Shown here one piece after another: positions 1-9,351 of a stretch of 64,000 nucleotides of DNA. Source of the DNA: an uncultured Actinomycetota bacterium (GTDB lineage Bacteria; Actinomycetota; Actinomycetes; CAVPEL01); assembly GCA_963703505.1 (NCBI GenBank), contig CAVPEL010000004.1, positions 9,216 to 73,215 of the forward strand, in the 5' to 3' direction. The position numbers and the translations under genes are program-made. Within the stretch, counting starts at the first letter, position 1. The number at the start of each line of letters is the position of its first letter. The notes under the pieces were generated by a model. That model did no database searches, was not told where the DNA came from, and saw only the letters and a list, made by a program, of their open reading frames with translations.

Positions 1-540
1 GCCGACACCTCGGCGGCCGGCGGCCGGGTCTACGTCGAACCCATGGCGGTCGCCGACCTGGGCACCATGGCCGTCGTCGGCGACCCCGCCGGCGCCGGGA
101 TCGGCATGTGGCAGGCGGACAGCTTCCAGGGATTGACCGTCCTCGGCGAGCCGGGCACGCCCAGCTGGTTCGAGCTGCACACCCGTGACTATTCCCGCGC
201 CGTCGACTACTACCGCACCGTGTTCGGCTGGGACACCGAGGCGGTCAGCGACACCCCAGAGTTCCGCTACACCGTGCTCAAGCACGGCGAGCAACAGCTC
301 GCCGGGATCATGGACGCCACAGGCTTCCTCCCCGAAGGCGTCCCCGCCCACTGGTCGATCTACTTCGGAGCCGCCGACGCCGACGCCACACTCGCCAAGG
401 TCGTCGAGCTCGGTGGCTCGATCGTGACGCCCGCCGAGGACACGCCCTACGGCCGGCTCGCCACGGCCGCCGACCCCACCGGCGCCCAGTTCAAGCTCGT
501 CGCCCCCAACGCCTCCATGCCCGCGAACACGCCGAACTGA
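1..540 (+). CDS. VOC (glyoxalase/bleomycin-resistance/dioxygenase) family protein, two-domain, 5' end outside window
   Basis: The reading frame is open from base 1. The second domain has a FGW...HWSIYF...LGG glyoxalase-like pattern and a PhnB-like fold signature. The stop is at 540. Confidence 0.6.
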   Translation, partial: ADTSAAGGRVYVEPMAVADLGTMAVVGDPAGAGIGMWQADSFQGLTVLGEPGTPSWFELHTRDYSRAVDYYRTVFGWDTEAVSDTPEFRYTVLKHGEQQLAGIMDATGFLPEGVPAHWSIYFGAADADATLAKVVELGGSIVTPAEDTPYGRLATAADPTGAQFKLVAPNASMPANTPN

Positions 541-581
541 CCGCCCGCCACGCAGCCTGAGAGACCGCGGAAAGGCACCTC

Positions 582-1133
582 ATGAAGAGCACGATCACCA
601 CGTGTCTGTGGTTCGACACCGAGGGCGAAGAGGCCGCCGCCTTCTACACGTCCATCTTCAAGGACTCGAAGATTCTGGACACCACCCGCTATGGCGACGC
701 CGGGCCGCGACCGGCCGGAACGGTCATGACCGTGTCGTTCGAGCTGGACGGCAACCAGTTCGTCGCGCTCAACGGCGGTCCGGACTTCCGATTCAACGAA
801 GCGATCTCCTTCCAGGTCAGCTGCGAGACGCAGGACGAGGTCGACTATTTCTGGAGCAAGCTCTCCGACGGCGGCGAGGAGGGGCCGTGCGGCTGGTTGA
901 AGGACAAGTACGGCGTGTCCTGGCAGATCGTGCCCACCGCCCTGCCCAAGCTGCTCGGCGACCCGGACCCTAAGAAGTCACAGCAGGCGATGGCGGCCAT
1001 GCTCGGCATGAAGAAGCTTGACATCGCCGAGCTGACGCGGGCCGCCGAGGAAGCAGGCGTGAGGGTGAGAAGCGCGAACCACGGGCCCCTCGTGCTGCAC
1101 CGTCGGTACGATGCAAGACGTGACCCTCGATGA
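582..1133 (+). CDS. PhnB-like VOC family protein (3-demethylubiquinone-9 3-methyltransferase-like domain)
   Basis: CLWFDTEGEEAAAFYTSIF...VMTVSFELDGNQF...CGWLKDKYGVSWQIVP is typical of PhnB-like proteins. The 3' end overlaps the next gene by 23 nt, so a terminal frameshift is possible. Confidence 0.7.
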   Translation: MKSTITTCLWFDTEGEEAAAFYTSIFKDSKILDTTRYGDAGPRPAGTVMTVSFELDGNQFVALNGGPDFRFNEAISFQVSCETQDEVDYFWSKLSDGGEEGPCGWLKDKYGVSWQIVPTALPKLLGDPDPKKSQQAMAAMLGMKKLDIAELTRAAEEAGVRVRSANHGPLVLHRRYDARRDPR

Positions 1134-2091
1134 GGCCGAACTGGCGCCGGAGGCCCTCGACCGGCACCGCCACGAGCTGACCGCCTACTGCTACCGGATG
1201 CTCGGCTCGGGTTCCGAGGCCGAGGACGCCGTGCAAGAGACCTTGTTGCGCGCGTGGCGATCGGCGAGCACCTTCGAGGGGCGGTCGAGCGTCCGGTCCT
1301 GGCTCTACCGGATCGCCACCAACGTCTGCCTCGACATGCGGCGCGGCGTCCAGCGGCGGGCCCGTCCCATGGAGCTCGGCCCCTCGTCGCCGCCCGAGCT
1401 GTCGTTCCTCGGGCCGATGTTGCCCGAGCACGCCTGGGTCTCCCCGATCGCCGACTCCCGGGTCTTGCCGGAAGATGCCGATCCCGCCGAGATCGCGGTG
1501 ACCCGTGACACGATCCGGCTGGCGTTCGTCACCGCGCTCCAGCACCTGCCGGGACGACAGCGAGCCGCCTTGATCCTCTGCGACGTCCTGCGCTGGCAGG
1601 CGACCGAGACCGCCGAGCTGTTGAACACGACAGTGGCGGCCGTCAACAGCGCACTGCAGCGGGCTCGCGCCACTCTCGCTGTGCTTCCGTCCGACGATCG
1701 ACCATCCGCCGTGGGCGGCGACCAGGCACAGCTGTTGGCCCGTTACGTCGACGCCTTCGAGCGCTACGACGTCGAGCCGCTCGTCGCCCTGCTCCATGAC
1801 GACGCGATCCAGTCGATGCCGCCGTTCGCCATGTGGATCCAAGGCGCCGCCAACATCGGCGCCTGGCTGCTCGGGCCCGGCAACGGCTGTCGCGGCTCGC
1901 GCCTCCTCGCCACCACCGCCAACGGGTGCCCCGCCTTCGGGCAGTACCGCATCGACCCGGCCGGTGGCCACCGCCCGTGGGCGCTGCAGGTCCTGGAGAT
2001 CTCAGGCGGACGGATCAGCGGGTTCCACGCCTTCCTCGACACCGACCGCCTGTTCCCCGCATTCGACCTGCCCGCCCACCTCCCGGCGTAG
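1111..2091 (+). CDS. ECF RNA polymerase sigma factor with C-terminal SnoaL/NTF2-like extension (ECF41/SigJ-like)
   Basis: Sigma-70 region 2 (YCYRMLGS..AEDAVQETLLRAW) and region 4 (LQHLPGRQRAALILCDVLRWQATETAELL) are present. A C-terminal ~100 aa extension follows and no anti-sigma gene is adjacent, as in ECF41. Confidence 0.8.
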   Translation: MQDVTLDEAELAPEALDRHRHELTAYCYRMLGSGSEAEDAVQETLLRAWRSASTFEGRSSVRSWLYRIATNVCLDMRRGVQRRARPMELGPSSPPELSFLGPMLPEHAWVSPIADSRVLPEDADPAEIAVTRDTIRLAFVTALQHLPGRQRAALILCDVLRWQATETAELLNTTVAAVNSALQRARATLAVLPSDDRPSAVGGDQAQLLARYVDAFERYDVEPLVALLHDDAIQSMPPFAMWIQGAANIGAWLLGPGNGCRGSRLLATTANGCPAFGQYRIDPAGGHRPWALQVLEISGGRISGFHAFLDTDRLFPAFDLPAHLPA

Positions 2092-2408
2092 CCCGACGAA
2101 GTCGAGCAAGGCCGCCAGCTCCGTAGATGCCTCACGCACTGAAAGCCTGCAACCCGAGCGACGGGCGGCCAGCTGCCACCGCGCCAGGCTGTTCCACCAC
2201 CGCCAGGTCCGGCAGCACCCGACCCCTCCATCGCCCAGGTGGCCAGCGCAATCGCCACCCGGGCCCCACAGCGTGACCCGACACCACATCTGGACGTCCG
2301 CCACGACCAACAGGACGACCGACCGACCGGAAATTCATCGCGCACCGTCATGACCGTGTCAGTTCGAGTTGAACGGGCAGCGCCTGGCGACCGGCTTCCA
2401 GTGCCAGG

Positions 2409-3171
2409 ATGGTGGGCGTGGAGATCGCCGATCACCTCGCCGCCCTGGACGACGCCGGCACGGCGTTCGCGAACGCGGTTGAGCACGCACCTTGGACGCA
2501 CCCGTACCGACCTGCCCGGGCTGGCACGGATCCGCGACCTGGTCAGCCAACTGGGCGGGGTGCATCGCTGGGCGGCATCGTTCATCACCGGTCGGCAGCA
2601 CAGTGTCCCTCCACCGATGAGGAGGCTGCGGCGTTTTTCGTCACACCGCCGGACGGCGAGCTCATCGGCTGGTTTCGGAGCGGCCACCACGAGCTGGTGA
2701 AGGCGATGGCGAGCGCCGACCCAGAGCTTCAGTGCTGGAGCTTTCTGCCGGCGCCATCGCCCCTCGCGTTCTGGGCACGTCGGCAGGCCGCACGAGACCA
2801 CCATCCACCGCCTCGACGCGGAGTCGGCCGCGGACTTGCCCACACCTGTCGCCGCACCACTCGCAGCTGACGGGATCGACGAGCTGCTCTCCGGCTTCCT
2901 CGCCCGGACTGGCGGCCTTCTCCTCGCCGACCCTCCCTTGACCCTAGGCGTGCAGGCGACCGACACCGGGCACGCGTGGACGATGCGCATCGAGGCGGAC
3001 CGGCGCGTGGTGAGCCGGGGCTTCGAAGCCCCCGACTGCCTGGTCGCCGGCCGCTCAGCGGATCTCTACCTGTTCCTGTGGAACCGCTGCGCGCCGCGAG
3101 CGGCTCGAGATCAGCGGCGAGGTCGCGGTGCTCGACTTGTGGAAGGCCAAGGCTCGGATCACCTGGGGATA
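2409..3171 (+). pseudogene. maleylpyruvate isomerase family mycothiol-dependent enzyme (TIGR03083-like), split over at least 4 frame changes
   Basis: Three pieces join only across frames: an N-terminal ADHLAALDDAGTAFANAV..HAPW piece, then ..DLVSQLGGVHRWAA.., then ..DLYLFLWNR...RERLEISGEVAVLDLWKAKARITWG*. The disruption may be a sequencing artefact. Confidence 0.6.
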
Positions 3172-4266
3172 GACTGGCGTTGTGCCGACGACGCGCCTGC
3201 AAAGCCCGCCGCCGGAGCACACAACGGACGGACCGCCTACTGTGGTCGGTGCCTGCAGGTTCAGCAGGTTGTTGGACCCCGGAGGCACCACGAAGACCGA
3301 ACTGCCTCCCTGTGCCGCCAGGCGCAACATGTCGATGTACTTGCTCGTCAGCACCTGCTCGTTCAGCCGGTTCTGGCACTGGTCGATAGGAATCGGGGTG
3401 ACCACCGTCACCTGGATCTTGCGGCCCGAGATGTCGGCCGAGTCCACCAGCTTGCTCGTCGCCCCGCACCTGATGATCTGGTCCGCGTCCGACTGGGCCT
3501 GCGCCTCCGTCTTCACCTTCTCGGCGTCGATCCGGGCCGCCTGCAGCTGCTGCTCTGCCTCGGCGACCTTGGCCGCCGAGGTCTGGATGCCCGCGAGCGA
3601 CGCCTCGATCGCATCGTTGTACCGGATGTCCCGCAGGTCGACGGAGTCCACGATGACGCCAAGGTCGTCCCAGCGTGCCTGCAGCGCCTTGGCGATGTCG
3701 TCCGTGACCTTCTCCCGCTGCTGACGCAGGGTCGCCGCTGAGTACGTCACCGGCACGTTACGCACCACTGAACGGATGTCGTTCTTCAGAGCACGCTCCA
3801 CCAGGTTGGTCTGGTTCAGGTACTCGGCGTAGATCTTGCCGACCGCGGACGGGATGATCGAGTACCGGACGGTCAGATCGATCGTGGCCGTGGCCGAGTC
3901 AGACGTCTGGGTGTTCAACGCGGGTCCGTCGACACCCTTCCCGCTCCCATCGTCCGCCATCGTGATGGTCTGATTGCGGACGTCGAACTTCACCGCCGAG
4001 TTCCACGGGGGCTTCACCGAAAACCCAGCGGTGGTGTGCACACCGACAACCACCCCGCCTGGCGACCGCAGCACCATCGCTTCACCGACGTCCTGCTTGT
4101 ACAGGCTGCCGCTCACCACAATGCCCAGCGAGATAACGATCAGCACCGTGCCGGCAACGTAAGCACCGGTGCGCGCATTCGCGTTTCCCGAGTCAAAACG
4201 CCTACCGACCACGACCGCAACCAGGGCGACCAGTCCCAAGATGACGGCGCAAATTACTCCCACCAT
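3055..4266 (-). CDS. SPFH/band-7 (prohibitin/HflK-like) domain membrane protein
   Basis: An N-terminal TM segment (MVGVICAVILGLVALVAVVV) is followed by an SPFH core and a coiled-coil region (AEAEQQLQAARIDAEKVKTEAQAQSDADQI). A GAGGAAG RBS precedes the ATG at 4266. The C-terminal boundary is uncertain; the ORF tail overlaps the convergent gene. Confidence 0.75.
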   Translation of the reverse strand: MVGVICAVILGLVALVAVVVGRRFDSGNANARTGAYVAGTVLIVISLGIVVSGSLYKQDVGEAMVLRSPGGVVVGVHTTAGFSVKPPWNSAVKFDVRNQTITMADDGSGKGVDGPALNTQTSDSATATIDLTVRYSIIPSAVGKIYAEYLNQTNLVERALKNDIRSVVRNVPVTYSAATLRQQREKVTDDIAKALQARWDDLGVIVDSVDLRDIRYNDAIEASLAGIQTSAAKVAEAEQQLQAARIDAEKVKTEAQAQSDADQIIRCGATSKLVDSADISGRKIQVTVVTPIPIDQCQNRLNEQVLTSKYIDMLRLAAQGGSSVFVVPPGSNNLLNLQAPTTVGGPSVVCSGGGLCRRVVGTTPVYPQVIRALAFHKSSTATSPLISSRSRRAAVPQEQVEIR

Positions 4267-4540
4267 GGGCAGTTCTTCCTCTCGTGTGAGAGCGTCCGTT
4301 GTGGACGCACGAACACCCACGGTGCGCGCCGGATAGCTCACCACCAGGGTTCGGCCGAGTCATCGGCGGCGCCAGCGTACCCACCCCCTCGCGCCGATCT
4401 ACGAGTGGAAGGCGATCTACCGCTTGCTCCAAGGACCTTCGCCCCTCGCTCAAATGGCGCTCCAGGTAAGAACCTGGACCCATGGGTAGGGCAGCGGGGG
4501 CCGTGTTCGCCATCGTTGGCGCGGCTGTTGTCGGGCTCGC

Positions 4541-5327
4541 TTGGCGGGTGGGCGGGCCACGTCGATGAGCCGAGTGCCGCGCGCCGCGCAGCCGGTCCGA
4601 GAGGACTGGTGCAGGCTCGCTGCCGCGACGACGGCGCCTTCGGTCTTTGACCAGGCAATGGTCGCGAACCTGCCGGAGGCCGCACGCCGCTGGCTGATTC
4701 ACGCGATCCCCGTAGGAACTCCCATGTGGCAGGTGGCGGAGCTGGAGATGCGCGGTGAGATCCGACTCGGACGATGGCGACCCTTCACCGCACGGCAGGT
4801 GCTGGCCCCGCCGGCCGGCTACATCTGGGCGGCCAGCGCGCGCGTCGTCGGGCTGCCGGTGAGCGGCTACGACCGGATGAGCGCGGGAACGGCAGAAATG
4901 CGCTGGCGCATGCTCGGCCTGATCCCCGTCATGACCGCCGAGGGCGTCGACATCAGACGCAGCGCAGCCGGGCGTCTTGCCGGTGAAATTGCCTTGCTGC
5001 CGACGACGTTCCATCGGGCCACCTGGGCCGCCACCGACGATGACGACAGGGTGACCGCTACCTGGCGGTTCGGCGAAGACACCGAAACCGCCCAGCTGCA
5101 TGTGGGCCCCGGCGGCAGACTCTTGGCGGTCCTGGTCCAGCGATGGGGCAATCCGAACGGTGCGCCCTACGGGCGGTACCCGTTTGGCGTGTCGATCGAT
5201 AGGGAGGCGACCTACGGCGACCTCACCATCGCCGGCGAGTTTCGCGCTGGCTGGTGGTGGGGCACCGAGCGACAAGGTGCAGGGCGAGTTCTTCCGAGCC
5301 CGGATCACCGGCGCCTCGTTCACCTAG
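4541..5327 (+). CDS. conserved hypothetical protein (probable single frameshift near 5270)
   Basis: A long ORF with a conserved-looking W/R-rich core. The C-terminal ...VQGEFFRARITGASFT* lies in a neighbouring frame. No confident family assignment. Confidence 0.4.
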
Positions 5328-5866
5328 CGGCTCTTACCGTCAGGCACCGTCTCGGTACTGGCGTTCAGCTGGCGGGCGATGCCGTCCGCCCAGGTGTCGA
5401 TGTCAGACCAGTTGCGGAAGTCACCGAAACGCCCGCCGAGCAGCCGGAAGATCAGGCGTGTGACGGGCGGCATCTGATCGCTGCGGAACACCCCGGAAAA
5501 GAGTTCATCTCCGCGCGGGTGGATTGATGCGTAGAAATCGGCAACCGTCTTCGCCCTCTCATGCGCGGCGGCCCGTTTCCTGAAGGGCCGAGGCAGGGCC
5601 GCTGGCATGCCAACTCCGAACAGCCACGACGGTCGGTTGGCGAGCGCGACCGAGTTGTCGCGGATGAACCGAGTGGCCTCGGGCAGCCAGGCCTGGTTGT
5701 GGATTGCACTTCCAATTACGACCGCGTCGTAACGATTCACCTCTCGCACCTGGCCGAGAGGCACTGCCTCGCATGGGTGGCCATCCTCGCGGATGCGACT
5801 CGCGATTCGCTCTGCGACCTCTCGGGTGGACCCGAGGGCGCTTGCATAGCCGATCAGGACGCTCAT
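5324..5866 (-). CDS. flavodoxin-like fold protein (NAD(P)H-dependent FMN reductase/HemG-like)
   Basis: The N-terminal MSVLIGYASALGSTREVAERIA matches the flavodoxin nucleotide-binding loop. A DAVVIGSAIH motif is present. Confidence 0.65.
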   Translation of the reverse strand: MSVLIGYASALGSTREVAERIASRIREDGHPCEAVPLGQVREVNRYDAVVIGSAIHNQAWLPEATRFIRDNSVALANRPSWLFGVGMPAALPRPFRKRAAAHERAKTVADFYASIHPRGDELFSGVFRSDQMPPVTRLIFRLLGGRFGDFRNWSDIDTWADGIARQLNASTETVPDGKSR

Positions 5867-5956
5867 CGTGGATGCCTCGATCATGACCCTGCAACACCCG
5901 CTCAGCCTTACACGACGATGAGTGGCGATGAAGAGTCGAAGGTCCTAGGCGCCGGA

Positions 5957-6967
5957 TCAGATCCCGGTGTGTTCGACGCGGACAGGGTTCGGATCGGGCA
6001 CGTGCGGCATCAGGGCGTTGGCCGGGATGCTGCCGAGACGACCCGCTCGGAAGTCGTCCATCGCCTGCGCCAGCTCAGCTCGGGTGTTCATCACGAACGG
6101 CCCGTACGCCGCGACTGGTTCGCCGATCGGCTCACCGCCGAGTACGAGGACCTCCAGGTCGGCGGTGCGGGAGCCCTGCTGATCGTCGGCGCGAACGGTC
6201 AGCGAATCTCCGGCGCCGAGCACGACGAGCTGGCCGCTGCTCACCGGTCGCCCCTCGGCACCGACCCGGCCCGAACCGGCAAGCACGTAGACCAGCGCGT
6301 TGAACGCCGGATTCCACGGCAGCTGCAGCCGCGCCCCCGGTGAGACGGTCGCGTGCATGAGCGCCATCGGCGTGTGGGTCGACCCGGGCCCGGCGTGATC
6401 GCCGACCTCGCCTGCGATCACCCGCACCAGGGCGCCACCATCCGCCGACGACAGCAAGGTCACCTGGCCCGCTTCGAGCCCCTGGTAGGCGGGGGGGATC
6501 ATCTTGTCCTTCGCCGGAAGGTTCACCCATAGCTGGATGCCGTGGAAGAGGCCGCCGGAGACGACGAGCTCCTCAGGGGGCGTCTCGATGTGCAGGATGC
6601 CACCGCCAGCGGTCATCCATTGCGTGGCGCCGTCCATGATGAGGCCCCCGCCACCGTGCGAGTCCTGGTGGGCGAATGTTCCATCAATCATGTAGGTGAC
6701 GGTCTCGAACCCGCGGTGCGGGTGCCATGGGGTGCCCTTCGGCTCACCGGGCGCGTAGTCGACCTCCCCCATCTGGTCCATGTGCACGAACGGGTCGAGG
6801 TCGGCCATGCTCACCCCGGCGAAAGCCCGGTGCACAGGAAAGCCCTCTCCCTCGAGGCCAGTCGGTGCGGTGGTCACCGACAGCACCGGGCGCTCGGTCA
6901 CCCGTGCCGGATCAAGATCGGCGATCCGGGGCAGGGTCGTCAGATCATCCACGGTCACTGCGGGCAT
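5957..6967 (-). CDS. pirin family protein
   Basis: Bicupin signature: HPHRGFETVTYMIDGTFAHQDSHGGGG...GIQLWVNLP. A GAGAGG RBS precedes the ATG (MPAVTVDD...). Confidence 0.85.
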   Translation of the reverse strand: MPAVTVDDLTTLPRIADLDPARVTERPVLSVTTAPTGLEGEGFPVHRAFAGVSMADLDPFVHMDQMGEVDYAPGEPKGTPWHPHRGFETVTYMIDGTFAHQDSHGGGGLIMDGATQWMTAGGGILHIETPPEELVVSGGLFHGIQLWVNLPAKDKMIPPAYQGLEAGQVTLLSSADGGALVRVIAGEVGDHAGPGSTHTPMALMHATVSPGARLQLPWNPAFNALVYVLAGSGRVGAEGRPVSSGQLVVLGAGDSLTVRADDQQGSRTADLEVLVLGGEPIGEPVAAYGPFVMNTRAELAQAMDDFRAGRLGSIPANALMPHVPDPNPVRVEHTGI

Positions 6968-7004
6968 GGTGAGCCCCTCTCGAGCCAGGACCGGCGTCGG
7001 TCGG

Positions 7005-7877
7005 TCAGATGTTGGATTCGTCCGGGGGCACCGAGCCGGGGAACTTGGCGGCTGCCCCACTACCTGTGCCCGCTTCCGGGCAGGTCATGTCCAGCGTGTA
7101 TGCGGTCATCGACAGCGACCCGTAGGCGTAGCCGTCGATGAGGACCTCGGCTCCGCGGCCACTCGCACCTGCCATGCCGGCGAGGTAGAGCAGCGGCAGG
7201 AAGTGATCGGGGGTTGGCACAGCGCGGTCGAAGTCGCGGTGGGCATCCATGCGCACCACCTCGGTCGGATTGTCGAGCATCTGGTTCTTGGCGTCCTCGT
7301 CGAAGCGCTGGGCCCAGTCGTACCCCTCGTCGGCAAGCGACGGGTTCATCCCACGAAGGTTGTGCACGATGTTGCCGCTGCCGATGACGAGTACCCCGTG
7401 CTCGCGCAGCGGGGCGAGCTTCGCCCCGAGCTCGAGGTGATGGTCGAATCCCTTGTCGGCGTTGATGCTCAACTGCACGACGGGGATGTCAGCGAGCGGG
7501 AATGCATGCAGCAGCACCGACCACGTCCCGTGGTCGATGCCCCACGAGTCGAGATCGGCACCGACCCAGGTCGGCTGGACGGCGTCGCTGATCTCCTCGG
7601 CGAGCTCGGGCAGGCCAGGGGCCGGATAGTCGACGTCGAAGAGAGGCCTCGGGAACCCATAGAAGTCATGGATCGTGCGCGGCTGCCGCATGGCGGTCAC
7701 GGCGGTCGCGTTGATGTACCAGTGCGCCGACACGACGAGGATCGCGCGCGGCTTGGGCACGGAGGCACCGAAGGCGCGCCACGCCTGGGTGTAGCGGTTG
7801 ACCTCGAGCGCGTTCATCGGGTTGCCATGGCCGATGAACGCGGCCGGCATGGTCCCGGGAATGGTCTCGGTGCTCAT
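7005..7877 (-). CDS. ygiD: 4,5-DOPA dioxygenase extradiol (LigB/YgiD family)
   Basis: MPAAFIGHGNPMNALE...AILVVSAHW...LVIGSGNIVHNL is diagnostic of the class III extradiol dioxygenase YgiD/DODA family. Confidence 0.8.
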   Translation of the reverse strand: MSTETIPGTMPAAFIGHGNPMNALEVNRYTQAWRAFGASVPKPRAILVVSAHWYINATAVTAMRQPRTIHDFYGFPRPLFDVDYPAPGLPELAEEISDAVQPTWVGADLDSWGIDHGTWSVLLHAFPLADIPVVQLSINADKGFDHHLELGAKLAPLREHGVLVIGSGNIVHNLRGMNPSLADEGYDWAQRFDEDAKNQMLDNPTEVVRMDAHRDFDRAVPTPDHFLPLLYLAGMAGASGRGAEVLIDGYAYGSLSMTAYTLDMTCPEAGTGSGAAAKFPGSVPPDESNI

Positions 7878-8070
7878 GCGGACTCCTACGCTGGGTGATT
7901 TGCCCCTGAGCGCAGTCTCCCCGGATATTGGCGCTCCGTCGAGCATGCGATCGGCGGGGTCGAAGGTGGGGGCGTGAGCCCTCTGCCGCGTCGACTGGCT
8001 GAGGGCTAACGTGAAGTAGGTCAGTTCAGCGGGTGATTCCCGCTGGTTCCCAACCTTCGGCAGGCACGCG

Positions 8071-8385
8071 ATGTTGCCACCCAGTTCCGACCTACCTGAC
8101 ACCTCGGCCCAGCGCGACCGGCACGAGCACGGCGGCGCCCCGGCTCACCCCGATGACGACGCGCTGGCTGAGCGCACCGAACGGGAGCGGGTCGATGCGG
8201 GCCTCGATGCCTTCGACCCGGACGAGGTGCCGGCGGCCACCGACGAACCCCCGGCTGTCGACATCACGCAGACCGAGGTCTACGAGGAAGAACGTGCCGA
8301 GGTCCAACGCGAGGTCGAGGAAGGCGAGCTGGACCCGCTCACCGAGCGGCATCCGTTCCCGCCGAGCCGCTACGACCGGCCCTGA
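8071..8385 (+). CDS. hypothetical acidic protein
   Basis: A 104-aa ORF with strong GC3 codon bias. Its TGA is 3 nt before the downstream ATG, suggesting translational coupling. No homology recognised. Confidence 0.4.
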   Translation: MLPPSSDLPDTSAQRDRHEHGGAPAHPDDDALAERTERERVDAGLDAFDPDEVPAATDEPPAVDITQTEVYEEERAEVQREVEEGELDPLTERHPFPPSRYDRP

Positions 8386-8387
8386 CG

Positions 8388-8906
8388 ATGACGCCAGCGC
8401 GCGGACCCGGCGGCCGGCAGCCGCCCGAGCCGGCCACCGCCGACCGCCGGCGCCTCGAGCAGCAGCTGGCCGAGCTGCGTGATCAGCGCCAGGACTTCGC
8501 CGAGTCGCTGGGCGCCGACGATCCGGGTGGGGACAGCGGCGACCAAGCCGACCGCCTTGAACGCGGCGACGCGCTCGTCACACTCGATACCCGCATAGCT
8601 GAGATCACCGACCAGCTCCGCGACCCGCCAGAGGTGACCCCGGCGGCCTCGACCGGCCGCCTCACGGACGGCACCATGGTCACCGTAGAGCTCCCCGATG
8701 GCAGCGCGCGCACCCTGTTGGTCGTCGCCAGGCTCACCGAGGAGCCGACTGCGGCCGCGGAAGGTGCCCAGCTGACCGCCGACAGCCCGCTCGGGCTCGC
8801 CCTGGTGGGACGTGAGATCGGCGACAGCGTGACCTACCCCACCCCGCGGGGTCAGGTCCGCGTCACTGTGCTGGACATCCGCCCTCCCGCGCCGACGCGT
8901 CGTTGA
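8388..8906 (+). CDS. GreA/GreB family elongation factor-like protein (Rnk-like)
   Basis: An N-terminal coiled-coil (LEQQLAELRDQRQDF) and a C-terminal FKBP-like domain (MVTVELPDGSARTLLVV...VGREIGDSVTYPTPRGQVRVTVLDI). Confidence 0.7.
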   Translation: MTPARGPGGRQPPEPATADRRRLEQQLAELRDQRQDFAESLGADDPGGDSGDQADRLERGDALVTLDTRIAEITDQLRDPPEVTPAASTGRLTDGTMVTVELPDGSARTLLVVARLTEEPTAAAEGAQLTADSPLGLALVGREIGDSVTYPTPRGQVRVTVLDIRPPAPTRR

Positions 8907-9041
8907 CGCGCTCTGCAGGTTGGCGCTGGGTAATCCCACATCAGGACGTTGGACCCTGGCCGCGTCGGTGCGTCCTCGGGAACATGAAGGGGATCGGAAG
9001 GAGCCCCCCGTGACCGCCGAGTCCGCTGCCGCACCGCGGTC

Positions 9042-9302
9042 CTACGTGGCCGTGGGCCCCTCATCCTCGTGGAGGGTGTGCCCGACAAGGGCATTGGCGT
9101 GACCGTGCCCGAGCCCGTACTCGGCCTTGAGCCAGGCGACGAGCTCCATGTGCTTGGTCAGCGCCGACGACCGAATCAGCGCCTTCCATTCGCTGATCGG
9201 GCGGCCGTACTTCTTCTCAATGGAGGGAAAGTACGACGCCGGGCCCTTCTCACCATCCGTCACGCGTGCCTCCTGTGAGGTCGTATACGCCTGCTGAAGC
9301 AT
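9042..9302 (-). CDS. DUF4287 domain protein
   Basis: SYFPSIEKKYGRPISEWKALI...HMELVAWLKAEYGLGHGHANALV matches DUF4287. The ORF-track N-terminal extension is a non-coding read-through. Confidence 0.65.
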   Translation of the reverse strand: MLQQAYTTSQEARVTDGEKGPASYFPSIEKKYGRPISEWKALIRSSALTKHMELVAWLKAEYGLGHGHANALVGHTLHEDEGPTAT

Positions 9303-9351
9303 GCGTAGCGCAAGTCTGCCCGGCGAGATCGTCTCCGATTGCAGGATCGGC

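Noticed and set aside
970-1971. 333-aa minus-strand ORF antisense to the ECF sigma factor gene
   Set aside because: It is Gly/Arg/Ala-rich with low complexity and no domain signal. It lies entirely opposite a well-supported coding gene, which is typical of spurious antisense ORFs in >70% GC DNA.
1764-2990. 408-aa minus-strand ORF spanning the sigma factor 3' end and the isomerase-family gene
   Set aside because: Arg/Pro/Ser-rich, no recognisable fold, and antisense to two conserved genes. It is a high-GC artefact.
2409-3171. Treating every frameshifted gene as a true pseudogene (genome decay)
   Set aside because: The same disruption pattern affects essential genes (pdh, pepN, hrpA), and amino-acid conservation persists within each frame segment. 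That points to assembly indel error rather than biology. Only the truncated GNAT stump at 37875-38063 looks like a genuine remnant.
4202-5323. 373-aa minus-strand ORF antisense to the 4541-5327 gene
   Set aside because: Low-complexity Arg/Gly/Pro composition without GC3 codon bias. The opposite-strand frame carries the conserved sequence.
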